A stretch of 5,516 bases of DNA. It comes from Candidatus Heimdallarchaeota archaeon B3_Heim (GTDB taxonomy: Archaea; Asgardarchaeota; Heimdallarchaeia; Hodarchaeales; Hodarchaeaceae). Shown piece by piece: positions 1-5,516 of the stretch; the first letter of the stretch is position 1, and the number at the start of each line of letters is the position of its first letter. Made by a program: the position numbers and the translations under genes. Location of the stretch: the NCBI GenBank assembly GCA_003144275.1, contig NJBF01000100.1:1-5516 (forward strand), in the 5' to 3' direction. The notes beneath the pieces were generated by a model. The model had not been told where the DNA came from and did no database searches. It worked only from the letters and a program-made list of their open reading frames with translations.

Positions 1-4
1 AAAA

Positions 5-26
5 TGAATGCCCTACGGGCAATTCA
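5..26. repeat. REP-like hairpin TGAATGCCC-TAC-GGGCAATTCA
   Basis: 9-bp stem with a single bulge and a 3-nt TAC/GTA loop, read directly. On the minus strand it is followed by TTTT at the window edge, so a terminator role is possible. Confidence 0.45.
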
Positions 27-175
27 GGTATATAAATCAGCTTGGTGTAACCTTCATAGTTGAATTTGACTTATAGAGGTATTCATAATATTATAATATC
101 ACAAACCTATGCATTATCCGGATGAACCTTATTTATTTACTAAGAAAGGCATAAAAATTTATACAGGTATAATTA

Positions 176-278
176 GGGTTTGTACATAAAGTTTAATTAT
201 TTAAAAATAGGCTCTAAAAAACAAATCACAAAATATTTTCTCATTCACTTCATAAGTTCTGAATTAATAGACAAACTC
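176..278. mobile_element. MITE-like unit A (103 bp, non-coding)
   Basis: Imperfect terminal inverted repeats TAGGGTTTGTACATAAAGT (174-192) and, read as reverse complement of 262-280, TAGAGTTTGTCTATTAATT (14/19 identical). Flanked by TAATTA at 170-175 and 279-284. Confidence 0.55.
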
Positions 279-323
279 TAATTAGTGCTTGTCCATAAAG
301 TCAAACAAAGATTACATAAGCAC

Positions 324-355
324 CCCCGTACAGTCATTCTTCCTTACGGGGCAGG
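324..355 (-). repeat. CCTGC-headed GC-rich hairpin module (CCTGCCCCGTA-14 nt-TACGGGG on the minus strand)
   Basis: 7-bp stem CCCCGTA (324-330) / TACGGGG (345-351) plus CAGG (352-355). GC-rich island within AT-rich periodic sequence. Confidence 0.6.
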
Positions 356-356
356 C

Positions 357-505
357 AAATAACAAGTATCAAATGACAAATAAATCTCAAATTCCAATGA
401 CTAAAAAATCAAACAAATTCTATTATATGTGCTGTTTGGGTTTTGTTTTTTCAAACATTGAGTATTATTTGTTTTTTGTACCGATAGCTATCGGTATTGT
501 TATTT
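357..505. repeat. Long imperfect inverted repeat with 7-mer periodicity (CAAATAA-type)
   Basis: Left arm 357-414 and right arm 434-505 align without gaps at 38/58 by hand count once 481-494 is removed. 7-mers CAAATAA, CAAGTAT, CAAATGA, CAAATAA lie at 356-383. The A-rich composition inflates the identity. Confidence 0.6.
479..496. repeat. Perfect 18-bp palindrome TACCGATAGCTATCGGTA
   Basis: The sequence is identical to its reverse complement. Confidence 0.9.
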
Positions 506-544
506 ATTTATAAACGAAATATAGAGTTTATAAACAGACTCTAA

Positions 545-1462
545 TTAATCGTCATAAAACTCCTTTACCAGGTAAATCGGCCTGTTTTGTGATTCCTTAT
601 AGGTCCTGAACACATATTCTCCCAGGACTCCCAGAAAAGTCAACTGGATTGAGCCGAGGAAATAAATGCTTAATAAGGTAGAGGACCATCCCAATAATGC
701 AAACCCGAATATTTTGGCGATCAATACATAGATGCCGGCGAGGAGAAAAACAACAACTCCAAAAAGTCCCAGGAAAAGACAAATTTTAAGTGGGATCTTT
801 GAAAAGGAAAAAATAGCATCTGATCCAAGCAGCCACAATTTCCAAATGTTCATTTTAGATTTCCCCTTTTTCCTTTCTTCACGAATATATTCAATATATC
901 CCTGTTTAAATCCCACAAAAGATCGTAATCCGGGAAGGTATCTTACTTTTTCCTTTAAAGCCAGCAAACCATTCAGGGCATTCCTGTTCAGCATTGAGTA
1001 ATTTCCGACATTTTCAATTTCCCTTAGCCCGGAGACCCTTTTAAAAAGTTTATGAAAAATATATGTCAACATTCTTCTTCCTATGCTTCCCTTTCTTGAT
1101 CTCCTTTTGCCATTAATAACATCGTATTCCCCTGATTTCAGTTTCATATACATTTCTCCGAGTAGTTCCGGAGGGTCTTGCAGATCCCCATCCATCATGG
1201 CAATATAATCACCTTTAGCATGCTCTAATCCCGCGGTTAATGCAGCCTGATGTCCGAAATTTCTTGAAAGGGAAAGAATCTTAATCCGTTTTTCATTATC
1301 ACGATGCTTAAGCAGTTGTTCCAGGGTTCCGTCTTGACTGCCATCGTCAACAACAAGTATTTCAAAGTGATCTGTTATTTCTGCCAAAACCTTAATTGAC
1401 CTTTCAATAAGTTCATCAATTAGAGATTCTTCATTGTAAATTGGTATCACCAAGGAGATCAT
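545..1462 (-). CDS. Glycosyltransferase family 2, GtrB/ArnC/YkcC-like polyprenol-phosphate glycosyltransferase
   Basis: Motifs ISLVIPIYNEE, VVDDGSQDGT, SRNFGHQAAL, DGDLQDPPE (DxD), two C-terminal hydrophobic helices and RPIYLVKE. ATG at 1462 gives 305 aa; an alternative GTG start at 1483 overlaps the upstream TGA (312 aa). Confidence 0.93.
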   Translation of the reverse strand: MISLVIPIYNEESLIDELIERSIKVLAEITDHFEILVVDDGSQDGTLEQLLKHRDNEKRIKILSLSRNFGHQAALTAGLEHAKGDYIAMMDGDLQDPPELLGEMYMKLKSGEYDVINGKRRSRKGSIGRRMLTYIFHKLFKRVSGLREIENVGNYSMLNRNALNGLLALKEKVRYLPGLRSFVGFKQGYIEYIREERKKGKSKMNIWKLWLLGSDAIFSFSKIPLKICLFLGLFGVVVFLLAGIYVLIAKIFGFALLGWSSTLLSIYFLGSIQLTFLGVLGEYVFRTYKESQNRPIYLVKEFYDD

Positions 1463-1479
1463 AACATACAAATATCTAA

Positions 1480-2622
1480 TCACAAATCAACCCAGACATT
1501 ACCTTCCTTATTCGACTTTACTGCACCTTCAATAAATTTCATTCCTCTCACACCATCGTATATTGTTGGGAATTCTCCGTCGAAATATTCTTCGCCTCTA
1601 ATAGCCTTAGCGGTGCCTTTATAAATATTTCCATAAGCTTCATATATCCCTTCAGGATGCCCGGGAGGCATAACATGACTGATTTCAGCAAAACCGGAGT
1701 TGAAATCATGGGCTGGTTTGTATATCTGAATGGGTTTGTCATCACTTAAAAGGTAAAGATAATTTGGATTTTCCTGCTCCCATTTCAAACTTGCATTAGA
1801 ACCATAAACAGCAATTGAAAGGTTATTTTCTTCACCTCCTGCAACCTGACTTGCGCGAATGACACCGCGAAGGTTTTCCCTAAAACGTAACAGCACAGTT
1901 CCATCGAGGTCAAGCACTATATCTTTTTTAACATTATTAAGGTCCGCCAGTAGCTTTTCAACTTTTAGTCCGGTTGTATATTCAATCAGGTTAAAAGCAT
2001 GAACACCTATGTCGCCCATACAACTACTGGCTCCGGCATATTTAGGTTCCAATCGCCAGACACCGGTGATCCTTGAATCTTTTCCATGTATGATGGAATT
2101 AATCCATCCTTGATAGTACTGAGCATCCACGCGTTGAATTTCGCCTAAAATGCCCTGTTTAACAAGTTCACGCATTTGCCGGACCATAGGATAACCAGTA
2201 TAAGTGTGTGTCAGGCAAAATACAACTTTGTATTCCTTTAGAAGTCGATTTAGATCTTCAGCCTCTTCCACACTGGTAGTCATGGGCTTTTCACAGATTA
2301 CATGGAATTTATTTTCGATAAGTTTTTTTGCAAATTCGTAATGCAGGTAATTTGGTGTCACAATTGCAACAGCCTGTACCCGGTCTTTTTCAGGTAGTGC
2401 AAGCTCTCCTCCAATAAATTCATCTATGGAAGCATAACACCTGTTGAGGTCAATACCTTCCAGTTTTGCAAATTCTTTACCTTTTTCATAATCCACGTCA
2501 AAAACTCCTCCCAATAATTCGTAATCATTACAAATTCTGGAGGCACGGCGGTGAGCATCCCCGATAAATGCCCCAATACCACCTCCTATCATTCCCAGTT
2601 TAATTTTGTTCAAATTTTTCAT
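1480..2622 (-). CDS. Gfo/Idh/MocA family NAD(P)-dependent oxidoreductase (sugar/inositol dehydrogenase-like)
   Basis: 380 aa with Rossmann motif GMIGGGIGAFIG, TPNYLH, ICEKP and catalytic-type GDIGVH. Confidence 0.93.
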   Translation of the reverse strand: MKNLNKIKLGMIGGGIGAFIGDAHRRASRICNDYELLGGVFDVDYEKGKEFAKLEGIDLNRCYASIDEFIGGELALPEKDRVQAVAIVTPNYLHYEFAKKLIENKFHVICEKPMTTSVEEAEDLNRLLKEYKVVFCLTHTYTGYPMVRQMRELVKQGILGEIQRVDAQYYQGWINSIIHGKDSRITGVWRLEPKYAGASSCMGDIGVHAFNLIEYTTGLKVEKLLADLNNVKKDIVLDLDGTVLLRFRENLRGVIRASQVAGGEENNLSIAVYGSNASLKWEQENPNYLYLLSDDKPIQIYKPAHDFNSGFAEISHVMPPGHPEGIYEAYGNIYKGTAKAIRGEEYFDGEFPTIYDGVRGMKFIEGAVKSNKEGNVWVDL

Positions 2623-2668
2623 TTTTAAACGGTCATTTTATTAATCAACTTTTTAATCAGTCAAATTA

Positions 2669-3838
2669 TCAAGTTCTGGATTTTTTCTTGTGAGTAATAT
2701 ATAACAACCCAAAAGCGATAATCAGTAATGCGGGCAATATTGCCATATAACGTAAGGTTTCGACCCCTGAACCTGTCATATCCATGAATTTCCCCATAAG
2801 AGGCAATACAATTGCTGCTGATAAAAAGCCAAGTCCTCCCATCAGGGAAAGTCCCAGGGCTCCGCTTTCAGGAATATTTTCAGAAACGAAGCCGATCATG
2901 GTTGGCCAGAAATAACAGATTCCGATGGCAAATACTGCCGCAGCAATAAAAGTTGAATATCCCTGGGCATAGCTTAGCCAGATCAATCCGAGGAACGAGA
3001 AAATCGCAGAGAAAAATAACATTCCACGGGTACTGAGTTTAGCCACTATCGGACCTGCAAAAACTCGTCCAATAGCCATAATTCCGCTTATGAATGCCAA
3101 TACCAGCAGAGCTGATACTCCGGTGCCCTTTAACAATGATTCAATACGTTGGTTTGTTCCTAACTCGGTAGCAGCAGTAAGCAGCATCAGGAATGCCATA
3201 AGAAGAAACAGGGGAGTGATTACTGCCTTCCACATGTCTTTGTTGGATACCCCCATTTCAACGCGTTCAGTTTGGGGTATTTTTTGTCCGAAAAACATTA
3301 CGCCGTATATTACTAATGGAATGAAAAGCATAGCAACGTAAACATGCCAGTTTAAGTTCAATTTGTCCATGATCAGGTATCCGATGATAGCGCCTATTAC
3401 TATTCCTGCCGGCCACCATACGTGAAAACGGTTAAGCATTTTTATTTTTTCGTTGGGAAACATGGAGGCAACCATAGGATTAAGAGAAGCTTCAACCATC
3501 CCGTTTCCAATACCAATTGCAAGGGTTCCGAAGAATAATGTCCAGAAATCATGAGCAAGAATGGTTCCCGTTATTCCAAGAGTATGACAGATGAAGGCAG
3601 TCCAGATGATTCGTTTTATCCCCAGATAATCCACGAGTGGTCCCCCAATAAACATCGCGAGGGTAAAACCCCAGAAGGCAGGACCAAAAGCCCAACCGAT
3701 TTCCTCCAGAGTTAATCCATAACCCTCAGGGCCAAATACGGTTTCCAATCTTGCTCTAAGAGCAAATGAAATTGCAGTTACAATCAGAGCGATGCAGCTT
3801 GCAAAAAATAATCTTTTAGAATTAATTTGATTTGTCAT
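2669..3838 (-). CDS. Major facilitator superfamily transporter, probable sugar/glycoside permease
   Basis: 389 aa with about 12 hydrophobic segments and MFS motif A (GPLVDYLGIKR). Substrate class is inferred from gene context. Confidence 0.9.
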   Translation of the reverse strand: MTNQINSKRLFFASCIALIVTAISFALRARLETVFGPEGYGLTLEEIGWAFGPAFWGFTLAMFIGGPLVDYLGIKRIIWTAFICHTLGITGTILAHDFWTLFFGTLAIGIGNGMVEASLNPMVASMFPNEKIKMLNRFHVWWPAGIVIGAIIGYLIMDKLNLNWHVYVAMLFIPLVIYGVMFFGQKIPQTERVEMGVSNKDMWKAVITPLFLLMAFLMLLTAATELGTNQRIESLLKGTGVSALLVLAFISGIMAIGRVFAGPIVAKLSTRGMLFFSAIFSFLGLIWLSYAQGYSTFIAAAVFAIGICYFWPTMIGFVSENIPESGALGLSLMGGLGFLSAAIVLPLMGKFMDMTGSGVETLRYMAILPALLIIAFGLLYITHKKKSRT

Positions 3839-3860
3839 AGTGTTTTATATTTAATGATTA

Positions 3861-4850
3861 CTACTCAAAAGCCGAGTCGAAAGAAATTTCTGAAGGATTA
3901 AAGTCAACATTTTTAACATACTGGCAGGCTTCCCGGGCTCCTTCCTCCCTGTCCATTCCACTGTCTTCCCATTCAACGGATAATGGCCCATTATAACCAA
4001 TCCGGTTCAGAGCCCGGATAATTTCCTCAAAATCGATACTTCCACGGCCCAGACTTCTGAAATCCCAGTACCTGCGTCTGTCGCCGAATTCAGTATAACC
4101 ACCAAAAACTCCGGCTTCGGTTGGCACCGGTGACCATCCTACATCTTTCATATGAACATGAAAAATCCTTTCCTTAAACCGGTAGATAAACCCGACATAA
4201 TCCACTCCCTGGTAACCAAAATGGCTCGGATCATAATTGAACCCGAAGGAAGGATGGTAATTAATGGCCTCCAATGTACGTTCAGCCGAAACAATATCAA
4301 ACGCAATCTCGGTAGGATGAACTTCCAGGGCGAATTTCACTCCAACTTTTTGAAATTCATCCAATATGGGTTTCCACCTGTCACTAAAATCCTGATAGCC
4401 TTTCTTAATCATTTCAGGCGAGACCGGTGGAAAGGAATATAAAAGATGCCAGACAGAACTTCCCGTAAAAGCATTAACAATTTTAACACCCAGGCGATTG
4501 GCCGCTTGTGCGGTTTTTATCATTTCTTCAGCAGCCCGTTGTCGCACACCTTCAGGATCTCCATTCCCCCAAACATAATCAGGTAAAATGCCTTTATGCC
4601 TTTCATCTATATTATCACATACCGCCTGTCCAACCAAATGAGAGGAAATGGCAAACAACTTTAAATTATACTTTTTTAAGATTTTAAGTTTTTCTTTGCA
4701 GTATGCCTCGTCAGCCTTATCGACCTCAAAATGGTCGCCCCAACAAGCAAGTTCAAGGCCGTCGTATCCGAAAGATTTCGCATTTTGGCAAATGGTTTCG
4801 AATGAGAGATCAGCCCATTGCCCTGTAAATAATGTAACTGGTCTTGCCAT
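3861..4850 (-). CDS. Sugar phosphate isomerase/epimerase family protein (xylose-isomerase-like/AP endonuclease 2 TIM barrel; IolE/MocC-like)
   Basis: 329 aa with GYDGLELA and the metal-ligand pattern LEVH...YDPSH...HMKD...VEWE typical of this superfamily. Confidence 0.9.
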   Translation of the reverse strand: MARPVTLFTGQWADLSFETICQNAKSFGYDGLELACWGDHFEVDKADEAYCKEKLKILKKYNLKLFAISSHLVGQAVCDNIDERHKGILPDYVWGNGDPEGVRQRAAEEMIKTAQAANRLGVKIVNAFTGSSVWHLLYSFPPVSPEMIKKGYQDFSDRWKPILDEFQKVGVKFALEVHPTEIAFDIVSAERTLEAINYHPSFGFNYDPSHFGYQGVDYVGFIYRFKERIFHVHMKDVGWSPVPTEAGVFGGYTEFGDRRRYWDFRSLGRGSIDFEEIIRALNRIGYNGPLSVEWEDSGMDREEGAREACQYVKNVDFNPSEISFDSAFE

Positions 4851-4939
4851 GATTTTATTTTTTAGATTAGGATCATCTTATTCCAAGTATAGTATGAATT
4901 TGGTATGGTATATTTCTTATTACAGATATTTCAAAACTT

Positions 4940-5081
4940 TGGAATAATGGAATACTGGGAAATTGGAATATTGAAATTCCCATAATTACTCGCTCCCACT
5001 ATCCTTGGCTTTTACCTGCTCGTGAGACATTCTGTTCGCTACGCTCCCAGAATGGTTCCATCAATCCAACATTCCAATATT
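4940..5081. repeat. 8-mer periodic inverted repeat (TGGAATAN-type arms)
   Basis: Left arm TGGAATAA TGGAATAC TGGGAAAT TGGAATAT TGAAATTC (4940-4979). Right arm 5056-5081 reads as reverse complement AATATTGGAATGTTGGATTGATGGAA. Confidence 0.7.
5015..5055 (+). repeat. CCTGC-headed REP-like hairpin module
   Basis: CCTGCTCGTGAGA followed by stem CATTCTG (5028-5034) / CAGAATG (5048-5054) around TTCGCTACGCTCC, ending in GG. Confidence 0.55.
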
Positions 5082-5197
5082 GAGCCCACTCCGAAAAGTC
5101 GAAGTGGGAGATTTTAGTTAATATTAATATTTTGTCTATTTGTTTCAAAAAGTTATAAACATTTGGTTGTCAATAAAATATATTTGGTTTTCTCAGT

Positions 5198-5231
5198 TAT
5201 ATTTGTTAACTTTATTTGGTTAACAAATATA
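5198..5231 (+). promoter_or_regulatory. Perfect 13-bp inverted repeat overlapping a Bacteroidota -7 promoter motif upstream of the transposase
   Basis: TATATTTGTTAAC (5198-5210) / GTTAACAAATATA (5219-5231) with an 8-nt spacer. TAnnTTTG matches at 5179-5186 and 5198-5205; no well-spaced -33 TTTG was seen. Confidence 0.55.
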
Positions 5232-5239
5232 CATTAAAC

Positions 5240-5516
5240 ATGTTTAGAAAAACCAATAAAGAACAACAGGTTGATCTATTTGGGGGTGTTCCCTCAATTC
5301 TTGATGGTGGTTCGCTTAAACAGTACAGCGATGATGGTCATTGGCACAATCAGTTTCGCAAGCAAGTCGTATCTCGTATTGATGAAATAGTCTTTAAGGT
5401 GCTTTTCAACGAAACTACAGGAGCGCCTAACGCGTCAGTTTCCTTGCTTGTTGGCATGATGATACTTAAAGAAGCCTTTGGCTGGAGTGATTCACAGCTA
5501 TTTGAGCAATGCCGGT
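5240..5516 (+). CDS. Transposase, N-terminal fragment (DUF772/InsH N-terminal-like, IS5/IS1182 type); 3' partial
   Basis: Not in the ORF track. My translation is MFRKTNKEQQVDLFGGVPSILDGGSLKQYSDDGHWHNQFRKQVVSRIDEIVFKVLFNETTGAPNASVSLLVGMMILKEAFGWSDSQLFEQCR, open to the window end. GAPNASV..LVGMMILKE..GWSD..L.E matches the DUF772 pattern as I recall it. Confidence 0.82.
   Translation, partial: MFRKTNKEQQVDLFGGVPSILDGGSLKQYSDDGHWHNQFRKQVVSRIDEIVFKVLFNETTGAPNASVSLLVGMMILKEAFGWSDSQLFEQCR

Larger units (their letters stand above)
285..541. mobile_element. MITE-like unit B (257 bp)
   Basis: Terminal inverted repeats TAGTGCTTGTCCATAAAGT (283-301) and, as reverse complement of 525-543, TAGAGTCTGTTTATAAACT. 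Flanked by TAATTA at 279-284 and 542-547. Its left end matches the left end of unit A at 16/19 positions. Confidence 0.6.
5082..5516 (+). mobile_element. Left part of an IS5/IS1182-like insertion sequence (truncated by the window)
   Basis: Transposase ORF at 5240. Putative left end GAGCCCACTCCGAAAAGTC starts at 5082, where the upstream periodic repeat stops abruptly, and includes hairpin CCCACT-C-CGA-AAAG-TCG-A-AGTGGG (5085-5108). The boundary is inferred because the right end is not visible. Confidence 0.6.

Noticed and set aside
74-109. TAG...CTA-bounded AT-rich segment resembling a degenerate third MITE unit
   Set aside because: Matching the end consensus needs gaps, there are no TAATTA flanks, and AT-richness can explain the similarity.
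289-513. 74-aa plus-strand ORF with a hydrophobic C-terminus
   Set aside because: TTG start inside the MITE terminal repeat; it is a translation of periodic repeats and two palindromic inserts, with no recognisable motif. A real small membrane protein cannot be fully excluded without Ribo-seq or proteomics.
522-543. Hairpin TAGAGT-N10-ACTCTA just after the GT2 stop as an intrinsic terminator
   Set aside because: Weak 6-bp AT-rich stem with no clear U-tract; already explained as part of the unit B terminal repeat.
170-547. CRISPR array or integron attC interpretation of the repeats
   Set aside because: The repeats alternate in orientation, spacing is irregular, there are no constant-length spacers, and no cas gene, integrase or convincing RYYYAAC/GTTRRRY cassette organisation is present.
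597-782. 61-aa minus-strand ORF
   Set aside because: Alternative frame inside the well-supported GT2 gene.
732-1001. 89-aa plus-strand ORF
   Set aside because: Antisense shadow of the GT2 gene with no motif.
1548-1745. 65-aa minus-strand ORF
   Set aside because: Alternative frame inside the oxidoreductase gene.
3090-3341. 83-aa plus-strand ORF
   Set aside because: Antisense shadow of the MFS gene.
4152-4442. 96-aa plus-strand ORF
   Set aside because: Antisense shadow of the TIM-barrel gene.
1480-4850. Gene symbols iolE, iolG or gtrB
   Set aside because: Family membership is clear but orthology to the named genes cannot be established from motifs alone.
4851-4940. Canonical Bacteroidota promoter for the operon
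   Set aside because: Only a mismatched -7 motif (TATACTTG on the minus strand) with no properly spaced TTTG, which is insufficient to call.
4648-4947. 99-aa plus-strand ORF
   Set aside because: Mostly antisense to the TIM-barrel 5' end, with no recognisable domain.

Overview
Likely Bacteroidota DNA (inferred from A-rich leaders without Shine-Dalgarno sites and TAnnTTTG promoter motifs). The core is a minus-strand four-gene cluster: xylose-isomerase-like TIM-barrel enzyme (3861-4850), MFS transporter (2669-3838), Gfo/Idh/MocA NAD(P)-dependent oxidoreductase (1480-2622) and a GtrB/ArnC-like membrane GT2 glycosyltransferase (545-1462). The first three resemble a 3-keto-glycoside or inositol-type sugar catabolism module. 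The right edge holds the left end and truncated transposase (5240->5516) of an IS5/IS1182-like element. The most unusual content is non-coding. At 170-547, two tandem MITE-like units are separated by three copies of TAATTA; the larger unit contains 7-mer-periodic inverted arms that carry small palindromic inserts. At 4940-5081, an 8-mer-periodic inverted repeat carries a similar CCTGC-headed hairpin insert and abuts the IS end. No database searches were run; family calls rest on motif recognition.
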